Shown here one piece after another: positions 30,376 to 40,529 of a DNA stretch of 64,000 bases. Made by a program: the position numbers and the translations under genes. The stretch lies in NCBI GenBank assembly GCA_963781885.1, contig CAWAHW010000001.1, positions 128,001-192,000 of the forward strand, in the 5' to 3' direction. The notes under the pieces were generated by a model. That model made no database searches. It saw only the letters and a program-made list of their open reading frames with translations, and was not told where the DNA came from. How positions within the stretch are numbered: position 1 is the first letter of the stretch; each line of letters starts with the position of its first letter. This DNA is from an uncultured Spirochaetota bacterium. Lineage in GTDB: Bacteria; Spirochaetota; Spirochaetia; SZUA-6; Fen-1364.

Positions 30376-31353
30376 ATGCGTTCCATCCATTCCCGCACTT
30401 TTCCCCTGCTCGTGGCCGCCTTGTGCGCCGTGCTGGCTGCGGGAGCCAGTGTCATCGCTTCTGCGGATTCGCCGAAGCCCAGCGTCCTGCGCGTGCTGGT
30501 GCCGCAGACGACCGCGGCCCTTCCCTTCCTCCGCATGGCGCAGGCAGGCGTCACCTCTTCGGGGCTCACGCTGAAGGTGGATTTCTTCGCCAATCATGCC
30601 CAGGCGCTCGCCATGCTGCTGCGCGGCGACACGGACCTCCTCCTCAGCGGCACGAGCCAGGGCTGGGAGAACAGGCTGGACGGCAGCCCCATCCAGATGA
30701 TCGATACGGGCGTGTGGGGCGTCTCCTCCCTCATCGGCAAGGACCCTTCCATCAAGGGCTTTGCCGACCTGAAGGGCAAGCGCATCGCCATGCCCTTCCC
30801 CGGCTCGCCGCTCGACTTCCAGAGCCGTGCTCTGCTTGTTTTTGAAAAGATCGATCCCGACAAGGACGTGACGATCAGCTACGGTCCTTTTCCGCAGAGC
30901 GTGCAGAGGCTGCTCGCCGGCCAGCTCGACGCCGCCGCGCTTCCCGAGCCGCTTGCCACAACGGTCGTGAGGAAGAACGGGCTCCTGCGCCTGGTCGACT
31001 ACTCCCAGGCTTGGGCCCGATTCACGGGCGGCGACCGGCAGTCCCCTCAGGTGAGCCTCTTTGCCACGGAGGAGTGGGCGCGCAACAATGTGTCGGTGAT
31101 CGCGGCGCTGGTCTCCGACTGGGACGCCGCCACGCGCGCGGTGGTCGCGGATCCGGCAAAAGCCGCGGCGCAATTCTCCACGGCGCTTGAAACTGACGCC
31201 GCCATCCTCGAGGAGGCGACGCGCAACACGCTTCTTGCGGTGCCGTCGCCGGCGGAAAACCGCACCCGCGTGCTCTCCTATTACCAGACGGTCTCGAAGT
31301 ACCTCCCGGCCGGGCCGCGTCCCCTGGACGAGCGGTTCTTCATCGTTCCCTGA
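30376..31353 (+). CDS. NitT/TauT-family ABC substrate-binding protein
   Basis: Signal peptide; DLKGKRIA, LDAAALPEP. Confidence 0.8.
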   Translation: MRSIHSRTFPLLVAALCAVLAAGASVIASADSPKPSVLRVLVPQTTAALPFLRMAQAGVTSSGLTLKVDFFANHAQALAMLLRGDTDLLLSGTSQGWENRLDGSPIQMIDTGVWGVSSLIGKDPSIKGFADLKGKRIAMPFPGSPLDFQSRALLVFEKIDPDKDVTISYGPFPQSVQRLLAGQLDAAALPEPLATTVVRKNGLLRLVDYSQAWARFTGGDRQSPQVSLFATEEWARNNVSVIAALVSDWDAATRAVVADPAKAAAQFSTALETDAAILEEATRNTLLAVPSPAENRTRVLSYYQTVSKYLPAGPRPLDERFFIVP

Positions 31354-31356
31354 GCC

Positions 31357-32838
31357 ATGACGGCCCGGCTCCCGACCCGCGCGCGGAAGGTGCGCCTGCG
31401 GCTGCTCGGCGCAGCGGGAGTGCTGATCCTTTTTGCCGGGTGGGCCGCGGCCAGTCTCATTGCGGGCTCCTTCTTCGTGCCGGCCCCCTGGACCACCATC
31501 GCCGACACGGCGCTGCTCCTGGCGCGCGGAGCCACGTGGACGCAGATCCTCATCACCTTCCTGCGCGTGCTCGTCGGTTTCGTCGCGGGATTCATTGCGG
31601 GCCTGGTGGCGGGAATCGCCATGGGAAGCAGCGCGGAGGTGGCGGCCCTGTTCCGACCGCTCGTGCTCTTCTTCCAGGGCATGCCGCCGTTGCTCTGGGC
31701 GATACCGCTGGTGGCGCTCATGGGCATCGGTCACCTTCCAACCATCGTCGTGATCGCCCTCATCACGTTCCCGCTCGTAGCGGTCACGCTGGGGGAGGGC
31801 ATGTCCACGCTGCCGCGCGACCTGGGGGAAATGCTTGCGCTCTTCGCCCCCGGTTTCGGCCCTCGGATCAAAGAGCTCGTGCTGCCGCACCTCGCGCCTT
31901 TCCTCGGTGCGGCCCTGAATGCCGGTCTCGTGCTCGCGGTGAAGGCATCGGTGACCGCGGAATACTTCGGAGCGAATGACGGCATCGGCTTCCAGATACA
32001 GGCAGCCTACATGGCGCTGCGCATCCACAGCCTTTTTGCCTGGGCCGCCGTCCTCATCCTCGTGATCCTCCTGTTCACCTCCCTCCTGCCAAGGGCCCGG
32101 AAGCTCGGGCCTGCGGTGGCACGGCTGCTCGCGCCCGCGGGTCCCGTGACGTGCAGCCTGGAGGATATCAAGGAGCTGAAACGCATCTTCACCTCCCTGA
32201 CCGGCACGCCGCGCGTGGTGCTTTCCGGCGTGAGCTTCGCTTATCGCCGCCAACGCCCCATTCTCCAAGGCATCGACATGTCCGTCTCGGCGCGGGAGAT
32301 CGCCGTGGTCACCGGGGAGAGCGGCATCGGAAAGACCACCCTCCTGAAGCTTGTTGCCTCACTGCTTGCGCCCGTGGAAGGGAAAGTCGAAAGCCCCGCG
32401 CGCATCGGCTACGTCTTCCAGGACGACAGGCTCCTGCCCTGGCGCACGGTGGCCGACAACACGGCCCTGCCCCTGCTCTACCAGGGTTACCCCCGCAAGA
32501 ACGCGCTGTGCTTCGCCTCCTACCTGCTTGCGGAGGCGGGACTGGGCGGTGAGGAAGGGAAGAAGCCCGACGAGCTTTCCGGCGGCATGAAAAAGCGCGC
32601 CTCGCTCGCCCGGTGCTTCGCGCGGCTTCCCGATGCCATCCTGATGGACGAGCCATTTTCCGGGCTGCATGCCGATGCGCGCAGCGAGCTCTGGGGCATG
32701 TTCCTCAGGCTCCACGCCTTGCATCCCGTGCCGACTCTCATCGTCACGCATTATCCCGAGGAGATCGCCGACCGCGCGGCCTGCCGCCTGTACACGCTGC
32801 AGGGCTCCCCGGCCCGGCTTGTGAGCGGGTCGCCGTGA
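31357..32838 (+). CDS. Fused ABC permease + ATPase (NitT/TauT family)
   Basis: TM half with QGMPPLLW and AEYFGANDGIG, then GESGIGKTT, FQDDRLLPW, LSGGMKKR, LMDEPF in one ORF. Confidence 0.85.
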   Translation: MTARLPTRARKVRLRLLGAAGVLILFAGWAAASLIAGSFFVPAPWTTIADTALLLARGATWTQILITFLRVLVGFVAGFIAGLVAGIAMGSSAEVAALFRPLVLFFQGMPPLLWAIPLVALMGIGHLPTIVVIALITFPLVAVTLGEGMSTLPRDLGEMLALFAPGFGPRIKELVLPHLAPFLGAALNAGLVLAVKASVTAEYFGANDGIGFQIQAAYMALRIHSLFAWAAVLILVILLFTSLLPRARKLGPAVARLLAPAGPVTCSLEDIKELKRIFTSLTGTPRVVLSGVSFAYRRQRPILQGIDMSVSAREIAVVTGESGIGKTTLLKLVASLLAPVEGKVESPARIGYVFQDDRLLPWRTVADNTALPLLYQGYPRKNALCFASYLLAEAGLGGEEGKKPDELSGGMKKRASLARCFARLPDAILMDEPFSGLHADARSELWGMFLRLHALHPVPTLIVTHYPEEIADRAACRLYTLQGSPARLVSGSP

Positions 32839-34181
32839 GCATCGCGTCGTTGAAAGCCGTCTCCGCGCGCATCCAGGCAGCGGCTCTGGCGGCGGCGGAC
32901 CCCTGCGCCGCGGTGCGCCGCGCCATCTCGCTCCACGGTGACACGCTTGCGGCGGCAGGATTCAGCATGGAGGCGCGCGGCAAACTCTCCCTTATCGCGG
33001 TGGGCAAGGCCTCGGTCGCGATGACGCGCGGCGCACTGGACCGTGTGGGCTCCCGGCTTTCCGCGGGCATCGTGGTCCATCCCCACGGTTATCCCGTCGG
33101 TGGGCTCTCGGACCGGCGCCTGGCGCTTTACGCCTCCGCGCATCCGTTGCCCGACGCGAGCGGGCTCGCCGCGGCCGGCAGGATTCTTGCGGCCGTTGAC
33201 GCCATGGGTGAAGACGAGCTCTGCCTCGTGCTTCTCTCCGGCGGCGGCTCCAGCCTTCTCCCCTGTCCCCTGCCGCCCCTCACGCTCGACGAGGTGATGG
33301 AGACGACCCGGCTCCTTCTTGCCAGTGGTGCCGACATCCACGAGCTGAACACGGTCCGCAAGCATCTGAGCGCCGTGGCAGGAGGAAGGCTTGCCGCCCG
33401 ATGCGCAGGCGTCATCGTGACCCTTGCCATCTCGGACGTGGTGGGGGACGACCCTGCCGTCATCGCCTCGGGGCCGACGGTCGCTGACCCCACCACATTT
33501 GCCGATGCGGCGGGTGTGCTTCGCCGCCATAGGCTGCTGGAGAGGGCGCCCCGGGCCGTGACGGCACTCCTGGAAGAAGGCTGCGCCGGCCGGAGAGCGG
33601 AGACGCCGAAGACGCTTCCTTCGCGCCATCTCTATTCCGTGATCGCGTCGGGCAATGTCGCGGCGGAAGCTGCGGCGGCAGAGGCGAGCCGGTGCGGCTT
33701 CACCCCGCTCATTGTGACGACGTCCCTGGAGGGAGAGGCGCGGGAGGCGGGACGGCTCCTGGCCTCGGTCGGCAAGGAATGCAAGGCGCATGGCAGACCC
33801 CTCCCCGCGCCCGCCTGCATTATTGCCGCAGGAGAGACCACGGTCACGGTCACCGGCAGCGGCACGGGCGGCAGAAATCAGGAGATCGCGCTCTCTGCCG
33901 CAACGGCGCTGCGCGGTGAGCCCTCCGTGCTTCTCACGTCATTTGCAACGGACGGAAAAGAAGGCAACACCGATGCAGCGGGAGCCTACGCCTCGAGCCT
34001 GACGGTCGCGGCCGGCGCTGCCCGGGGTCTGGATCCACACGCCTGTCTTCGCGACAACGATGCCCACCGGTTCCTCTCCGCCGCGGGAGAGGTGATCGCC
34101 ACCGGCCCCACCGGCACGAACGTGAACGACCTCACGTTTCTGTTGGTGGAGCAAGAGCCGGTTGCCCCATCACGATCCTGA
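32835..34181 (+). CDS. Glycerate 2-kinase (MOFRL/TtuD family)
   Basis: AVGKAS, LLSGGGSSL, ISDVVGD..IASGP, GETTV..GGRNQE, TGTNVND; GTGA overlap. Confidence 0.9.
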   Translation: MSIASLKAVSARIQAAALAAADPCAAVRRAISLHGDTLAAAGFSMEARGKLSLIAVGKASVAMTRGALDRVGSRLSAGIVVHPHGYPVGGLSDRRLALYASAHPLPDASGLAAAGRILAAVDAMGEDELCLVLLSGGGSSLLPCPLPPLTLDEVMETTRLLLASGADIHELNTVRKHLSAVAGGRLAARCAGVIVTLAISDVVGDDPAVIASGPTVADPTTFADAAGVLRRHRLLERAPRAVTALLEEGCAGRRAETPKTLPSRHLYSVIASGNVAAEAAAAEASRCGFTPLIVTTSLEGEAREAGRLLASVGKECKAHGRPLPAPACIIAAGETTVTVTGSGTGGRNQEIALSAATALRGEPSVLLTSFATDGKEGNTDAAGAYASSLTVAAGAARGLDPHACLRDNDAHRFLSAAGEVIATGPTGTNVNDLTFLLVEQEPVAPSRS

Positions 34182-34258
34182 AAGGCGTGCACGGTCACGC
34201 CGGCCGTTTCGGCGGGTCGCATTGACTTCTGCTCCTCCGCGCTGCACACTGGTTTGTT

Positions 34259-35053
34259 GTGTCATTTCTCGAGCGATTGAGCAGGTCCACGGTCGTCAAG
34301 AACGTCCTGACGCTGATCGTCTATGCGTTCTACGCCTGCGTGCTGGGCGCAAGCCTCGCTCCGTCGCTGCTTCTCATCATCTGGGCTTTCGGTCGCATGC
34401 TGTCCCCGGCCATACTGTCCGGGGCAATCCCCGGTCTGGGATCGATCGTGCTCTTCTGCCTGTTCCTCGGCCTGTCGGCATTCGTCTTCTTTTTCTTCGG
34501 CCTGCTCCTGATGGGAGCCATCATTCGTCTCTTCTCCCTCGGCGTGAAGCCTGGCCGGCATGAAGCGGCGTCGACAACGGTGCTCCTGTGGATCGTCCTG
34601 AACGGCGTCTGGACGCTCGCGTTGCGCCTCATCCTGCCGCTCGTGCCCATGACCCCGTTCTCCCAGATGTTCCATCGCCTCTCGGGGTGCAGGATCGGCA
34701 AAAATGTCTGGATCAACACGATCAACATGGTCGACTGCTACATGGTGAGCATCGGCGACAATACGGTGATCGGGGGAGATGCAATAATCTCACCCCACGT
34801 CTTTGAGGACGGCAAGCTCCTCATCCAGCGCATCACGATCGGGAAAAACTGCCTCATCGGGGGCCATTCCTACATCAGCCCGGGCGTGACGATCGGAGAC
34901 GGGAGCATGATCGGCATGAAGGTGTACGTCCGCAAGGGCAGACACATACCGCCGGGGTCGCGCCTGACAGCCGTGGCAGGGCTGTCGTTCCGAGGCGCCC
35001 TCGACCTCGAGCGGGAAACGTATCGGAAGCTGCGCTCCGCGATCAGGAACTAG
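34259..35053 (+). CDS. Membrane-anchored hexapeptide-repeat (LbH) acyltransferase-like protein
   Basis: Three hydrophobic segments, then GCRIGKNV, SIGDNTVIG, TIGKNCLIG, GVTIGDGSMIG. Confidence 0.75.
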   Translation: MSFLERLSRSTVVKNVLTLIVYAFYACVLGASLAPSLLLIIWAFGRMLSPAILSGAIPGLGSIVLFCLFLGLSAFVFFFFGLLLMGAIIRLFSLGVKPGRHEAASTTVLLWIVLNGVWTLALRLILPLVPMTPFSQMFHRLSGCRIGKNVWINTINMVDCYMVSIGDNTVIGGDAIISPHVFEDGKLLIQRITIGKNCLIGGHSYISPGVTIGDGSMIGMKVYVRKGRHIPPGSRLTAVAGLSFRGALDLERETYRKLRSAIRN

Positions 35054-35473
35054 GCGGGAAGGAGCTTCGCGGAGAGCGTGATCGTCGGTCCCGCAAGCGC
35101 CTTGGAAACGGGGCAGTCCTTCTTTGCCTTTTCAGCAAGCTTCTGGAAATCCGCCTCGGAAACTCCCGGGCACCACGGCTTCCGTGGATAGCTCTATCAG
35201 TGCGATCTTCGGCCCTTCCTCGAGGTGCACCGTCGCGGTGGTGCGCACATGCGTGGGCACGTGACCGGCGTCGGTGAGGAGAGCGGAGAGGAACATCGAG
35301 AAACACCCTGCGTGCGCCGCGCCGATCAGCTCTTCAGGATTCGTCCCCTTGCCGGATTCGAAGCGCGAGGCAAAGGTGTACGGGCCTTCCCAGGTGCCGC
35401 TTCCCAGCTTCATGGCGCCGGAACCTTCTTTCAGGGAGCCCTTCCATTCAGCCGTTGATGCACGAACTGCCAT
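35050..35473 (-). CDS. osmC: OsmC peroxiredoxin, frameshift near 35168
   Basis: AEWKGSLKEGSG, GTNPEELIGAAHAGCF; the repaired frame gives AKKDCPVSKAL...TAG. Confidence 0.9.
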
Positions 35474-35544
35474 GATAACCTCCACTCCCGCCGCTGCGCG
35501 CAGCGCACCAGCAAGATCAAGGTACTGACGCCGCGCGCAAGGCG

Positions 35545-36735
35545 TCAATGCGACGTTCTTTGGATGCCGCGGAAGGCCTCCGCCATGCGCGTCAGGCATT
35601 CATCGAGGATGCGCCGGGGGCAGGCAAGATTGATGCGCTGCATGCCTTCCCCTCCCTTTCCGAACATCGGCCCTTCGTCAAACCAGACCTTCGCCCTGCC
35701 CAGCAGGAATTCGTTGAGCTGTTGGTCGTTCATGCCCAGGCCGCGCATGTCCAGGAGCGCCAGGTATGTGCCTTCCAGCGGAAAGGCCGTTACCGCCGGC
35801 AGCTCCCGGGCCAGATAGTCCGTCATATACCGGTCGTTCGCCAGCACGTAGGCGCGAAGCTCGTCCAGCCATGCATCGCCCTTGCGCCAGGCCGCCTCGG
35901 CGGCGGCAGCCGCAATTGCATTCGCCGGGCCGGCAAAGAGCGCGCTGTGAGTCTTTTCCAGCCGGGCGCGCAGCCGGGGATCCGGCACGACGGAAAGCGC
36001 GCCGCCCAGACCCGCAAGGTTGAATGTCTTTGTCGCCGACAGGAGCGTGACGCTGACGGCCGCCGCCTCGGGAGAGACGGCGGCGATGGGCACGTGATGG
36101 AAGCCGGGCATCGTAAGGTCGCAGTGTATTTCGTCACTGACGATCACGACGCCGCGCGCGGCGCAGATCGCCGCCAGGTCGCGCAGGGTGTCCGGCTCCC
36201 ACACGCGCGCAACCGGGTTGTGCGGGCTGCAGAGGACGAGCATGCGCGTGCCGGCATCCATCACTTTTTCAAGGCCGTCGAGGTCCATTTCCCATCGGTT
36301 GCCGATGAGCCACAGGGGGTTTTCCACCACGCGGCGCCCATTCCCCCTGATGCGGAGCGGGAACGGGTAATAGACAGGCGGTTGGATCACGACGCCGTCT
36401 CCTGGTTCGGTGAGCGCAAGGATCGCGGCAACGAGCCCCGGGATGACGCCCGGCGTCGGGAGCATCCAGTCGCGCGTCACGGTCCAGCCGTGCCGTCTCT
36501 GGAGCCAGGCTATGGCCGCGTCGAACCAGGAATCCGGCTCCAGCGTGTAGCCGAATATGCGCTGATCCACCCTTGCCTGTATCGCCTCCTGGATTTCCGG
36601 GGGCGCGCGGAAGTCCATGTCGGCAACCCAGAGCGGAAGAAGCCCGCTCCGGCCGGGCGCAAAGCGCTGCGCGAAGTCCCACTTCAGGGAGCTCGTGCCC
36701 CGGCGGTCGATCACGGTATCGAAATCGTAGCCCAT
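35545..36735 (-). CDS. patB: MalY/PatB cystathionine beta-lyase-type PLP enzyme
   Basis: YDFDTVIDRRGTSSLKWD, WVADMDF, LCSPHNP, SDEIH, SATKTFN, RINLACP. Confidence 0.88.
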   Translation of the reverse strand: MGYDFDTVIDRRGTSSLKWDFAQRFAPGRSGLLPLWVADMDFRAPPEIQEAIQARVDQRIFGYTLEPDSWFDAAIAWLQRRHGWTVTRDWMLPTPGVIPGLVAAILALTEPGDGVVIQPPVYYPFPLRIRGNGRRVVENPLWLIGNRWEMDLDGLEKVMDAGTRMLVLCSPHNPVARVWEPDTLRDLAAICAARGVVIVSDEIHCDLTMPGFHHVPIAAVSPEAAAVSVTLLSATKTFNLAGLGGALSVVPDPRLRARLEKTHSALFAGPANAIAAAAAEAAWRKGDAWLDELRAYVLANDRYMTDYLARELPAVTAFPLEGTYLALLDMRGLGMNDQQLNEFLLGRAKVWFDEGPMFGKGGEGMQRINLACPRRILDECLTRMAEAFRGIQRTSH

Positions 36736-36766
36736 AACGTATTATATTGATGCAAGGAGGTACCCC

Positions 36767-37435
36767 ATGGCAACGGAGGACACCTTCTCTCCCGCCCCCC
36801 TTCCCCTTACCTTCACGTTATATGGTCATGCCACGCTGTCGATGACCTACGGCACCACGGTAATCCACGTGGACCCGGTCCGGGACTTCGCCGACTATTC
36901 CCGGGCAGCCAGGGCAGACATCATCCTGGTCACCCACGAGCACTCCGATCACCTCGACCTCGAGGCCATCGCCGCGCTGCGCAAGGACACCACTTCCATC
37001 GTGGTCGGTTCCAAGTGCGCGGGCAAGGTCAACGGCGCCATCGTCCTGCACAACGGGGACTCCCGCTCGCTTTCCGGCATCCGCATCGAGGCGGTGCCGG
37101 CGTACAATGTCGCGCACGAGCGGGCGCCCGGCGTGCCCTTCCATCCCAAAGGAAACGGCAACGGCTACGTGCTGACGCTGGGGGACCGCCGGGTCTACAT
37201 CGCCGGCGACACCGAGAACACGCGGGAGATGAAAGCGCTGAAAGGCATCGACATCGCCTTCCTGCCGATGAACCTGCCCTACACGATGACGCCCGAAATG
37301 GTCGCGGATGCGGCGCTCGCCTTCCGCCCGAAGATCCTTTACCCGTACCACGTCGGGGACACGGACACGTCGAGGCTCACGTCCCTGCTTGCCTCGGCGA
37401 AGGACATCGAGGTACGCATCAGACCGATGAAATAG
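36767..37435 (+). CDS. MBL-fold metallo-hydrolase (UlaG-like)
   Basis: THEHSDH, YIAGDT, PYTM, YPYH; AAGGAGG RBS. Confidence 0.88.
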   Translation: MATEDTFSPAPLPLTFTLYGHATLSMTYGTTVIHVDPVRDFADYSRAARADIILVTHEHSDHLDLEAIAALRKDTTSIVVGSKCAGKVNGAIVLHNGDSRSLSGIRIEAVPAYNVAHERAPGVPFHPKGNGNGYVLTLGDRRVYIAGDTENTREMKALKGIDIAFLPMNLPYTMTPEMVADAALAFRPKILYPYHVGDTDTSRLTSLLASAKDIEVRIRPMK

Positions 37436-37508
37436 GTCGATTGACTCGGCATCTTGTTCGACCCCATGATGCCGTGTGGGCCGTACGGGCCCCCGAAAGA
37501 AGGAAATC

Positions 37509-38778
37509 ATGAAGCGAAGCGCGCTCTTGTGCGCAATCCTGATGGCGTGCCTGGGATCCGCCGTGGCGGCGGCTCCCGTCGAGGTGAGCCTGGCCTACCC
37601 TGTTGCCGTCGATGCCCCGATCACGGCGATGCTGAAGGGCTGGGCGCAGGACTACATGATGAAGAATCCCGACGTGAAGGTGAACCTGATCTTTTCCGGC
37701 GGCTACCCCGACGTAAAGACCGCCATCCAGACCGCCATCCAGGGCGGCGCCACCCCGCCGACGCTGGCGGTGATGCTCGCCACCGACGTATACGACCTTG
37801 TGAACGCGAAATACGTCGACAGCCTGGATGACCTCGTGGCCGCGGCCCCCGGTGGAGCGGCTTTCATCAAGGACTTCCTGCCGGCCTACATGGGCAACTC
37901 CCACTACAAGGGCAAGCTGTGGAGCGTCCCCTTCCAGCGCTCGGCTGTGGTCTTGTACTACAACGCCGACCTTTTCGCCGCCGCGAAGCTCGCGCCGCCG
38001 AAAAGCTGGGACGAGCTGGGCAAGGACGCCCAGGCCCTGACGGTTGACGGGGGAAAGACGCGCTGGGGCATCGAGATCCCGACAGAGAATCCTTACTGGA
38101 CATTCCAGCCCCTGGCCATCGGCGCGGGCAAGAACGTCTTCACCGACGATGTGACGCTCAACTTCAACGCGCCCGAGGTGATCGACGCGGTGCAGTTCTA
38201 CATGGACCTGAGCCAGAAATACAAGGCAACACCCCCGGGAGTACAGGTGAGCTGGGGCTCATCCACGCAGAACTTCGCTGCCGGAAAGACGGCAATGATC
38301 ATTCACACGACCGGAAGCCTTGCCGGCATCCTCAAGACGGCCAAGTTCAAGGTCGGCGTCATGGCGGTCCCCGGAAAGATCGCGGGCACGCTGGCGAGCG
38401 TCACCGGCGGCGGAAACCTGTATCTCACCGCCGGCCACAGCGCCGCGGAGAGGAAGGCCGCCTTCGCCTTCGCCCAGTACCTCCTGGATCCGTCGCGCGT
38501 TGCCACTTTCAGCCAGGCAACCGGGTACATCCCGCACCGCACCTCGGCGGCGGCGACGCCCGAGTTCAAGGCGTGGCTCGCGCAGGTGCCCCAGGCGGCC
38601 GATGCATTCGCCGCCCTTTCATCGGCACCAGCCGGAGCTTGCGACGCAGAACCTGAACGCCGTGAAGACGATATTCAACAAGTACCTGCAGACCGCGTTC
38701 AACGGCACCCAGACACCCAAGGATGCCATGAACGCCGCGCAGAGCGAATCCGACAAGGCCCTGGCGGACTACCGCTAG
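37509..38778 (+). CDS. CUT1 ABC substrate-binding protein (UgpB-like), frameshift near 38625
   Basis: Signal peptide; SVPFQRS..LYYNAD, TGGGN, ATGYIP; the C-terminus continues in ORF 38320..38778. Confidence 0.82.
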
Positions 38779-38826
38779 AGCCCGAGAGAGGTTGGCGTCA
38801 CGAAGCGCTACCGCATCCTGCCGTAC

Positions 38827-39675
38827 GTGCTCGTGGCGCCGACCCTCGTTTTCGTCTGCCTGTTCACGCTGCTTCCGCTGGGAGAAGTCCTGGTCGGGAG
38901 CCTCTTCAAGCACAAGCTCAACATCCCGAAGTACCAGGTGCCGGTCTTTGCAGGGTTCGGCAATTTCTCGGACCTGTTCCGGGATCCCGAGTTCCTGCAG
39001 GTCGCTACGAATACGGGCATCTATCTCCTGGCGCTCATTCCCCTCCTGCTGATCGCGGCCCTTTTGCTGGCATTCCTCCTGGAAGGCAAGATCAGGGGAC
39101 TGGCCTTTTTCCGGCTCGCGGCATTCCATCCCACCGTGCTCCCGCTGGTGAGCGCCGCGACGATCTGGATGTTCTTCCTTACCCCCGGGTACGGTCTCTG
39201 GAACCAGTTCCTTCGGCTTTTCGGCTACGCGGGACCTGAAAACTGGCTGGGCAACCCCTCCCTTGCGATCTTCGCCCTCGCGCTCGTGGCTTTCTGGAAA
39301 AATGTCGGCTTCCTCATGCTCTTCTTCCTGACCGGCCTGCAGAATCTCGACCGGTCCGTGGTCGAGGCCGCCCGCATGGACGGGTCCGGGGGCCTGCGCC
39401 TGGTCACGCGCATCATCCTTCCCCTGATCCGGCGCCAGACGCTCTTTGTCACGACGATCGCCTTCATCGGCGCATTCCAGACGGTCGACCACGTCTTCGT
39501 CCTGACACAGGGAGGGCCCAGCGGCACGAGCACGCTGCCCCTGTACTACCTCTGGCAGCTTCGTTTCGACCGTATGGACGTCGGCCGCGGAGATGCGGTC
39601 ACGCTGATGCTCGTCCTCGCGCTGCTCGCCTTCACGGTCACCAATACCCTCATCAGTGAACGACATGAAAAATAG
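38827..39675 (+). CDS. CUT1 ABC permease (UgpA-like); true start probably slightly upstream
   Basis: EAARMDG loop, LTQGGP. Confidence 0.88.
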   Translation: MLVAPTLVFVCLFTLLPLGEVLVGSLFKHKLNIPKYQVPVFAGFGNFSDLFRDPEFLQVATNTGIYLLALIPLLLIAALLLAFLLEGKIRGLAFFRLAAFHPTVLPLVSAATIWMFFLTPGYGLWNQFLRLFGYAGPENWLGNPSLAIFALALVAFWKNVGFLMLFFLTGLQNLDRSVVEAARMDGSGGLRLVTRIILPLIRRQTLFVTTIAFIGAFQTVDHVFVLTQGGPSGTSTLPLYYLWQLRFDRMDVGRGDAVTLMLVLALLAFTVTNTLISERHEK

Positions 39676-40489
39676 GTTCGCTTCTTTCTCCCGTTTCGTC
39701 GTCCTCTGTATCCTGTCGATCCTGATGCTCGCTCCCCTGGTCTGGGCCGTGGCGGCGTCACTGCGGCCGCCCGAGTTTCCCTTCGCGCTGGGAAATGTCT
39801 TCTTCCATTCCACCCTCAGCCTTGCCAATTACGTCAAGGCATTTGCCCTTGCGCCATTCGCCCGGTACTACGCGAACACGCTCATGCAGGTCGGCGCGAT
39901 CATCGGCTTCCAGGTCGTCACCGCGAGCCTTGCGGCCTTTGCATTCGCGCGGTATCGCTTCAAAGGAGACCAGGCGCTCTTCACGATCATCCTTTTGCAG
40001 ATGATGATCCCGACGGCGGCCCTCCTCGTGCCGAACTTCGCCACGATCCGCTTCCTCCACCTGTACGACACCATCCCCGGCATCGCCCTGCCCTTCTTCG
40101 GCTCGGCCTTCGCCACGTTCCTCCTGCGCCAGAGCTTCCTGTCGCTGCCCCGGGACCTCGCGGACGCCGCGGCCATCGACGGCTGCCGTTGGGACCAGGA
40201 GCTGCGCCACGTGTATCTGTCCACGTCGAAGGCGTCGCTCGCCGCGATCGTCCTCTCGTCCCTGTCCTTCCATTGGAACGATTTCCTCTGGCCCCTCGTG
40301 GTCACACAGTCGGACAATGTCCGGCCGCTCACGGCGGGCCTCGTGCGCTTCACGCAGATGGGAGAGATCGGGGCGCAGTGGGGTCTGCTCTCGGCGGCAA
40401 CGATGATCGTCACCCTGCCCCTGCTGGTGGCCTTTGTAGTCTTTCAGAAGCAGTTCGTCAGGGGCTACATCTCGTCGGGCATCAAATGA
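39665..40489 (+). CDS. CUT1 ABC permease (UgpE-like)
   Basis: DAAAIDG, HWNDFLWPL, FQKQFVRG. Confidence 0.88.
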   Translation: MKNRFASFSRFVVLCILSILMLAPLVWAVAASLRPPEFPFALGNVFFHSTLSLANYVKAFALAPFARYYANTLMQVGAIIGFQVVTASLAAFAFARYRFKGDQALFTIILLQMMIPTAALLVPNFATIRFLHLYDTIPGIALPFFGSAFATFLLRQSFLSLPRDLADAAAIDGCRWDQELRHVYLSTSKASLAAIVLSSLSFHWNDFLWPLVVTQSDNVRPLTAGLVRFTQMGEIGAQWGLLSAATMIVTLPLLVAFVVFQKQFVRGYISSGIK

Positions 40490-40529
40490 AAAACGCCGTC
40501 CGCCTCAGGCGATGAATGGGAGCGGCTCG

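Noticed and set aside
29536-32268. 910-aa minus-strand ORF
   Set aside because: Mostly an antisense shadow of the ABC genes in GC-rich DNA; only the part from 30297 downward is the real Gfo/Idh/MocA N-terminus
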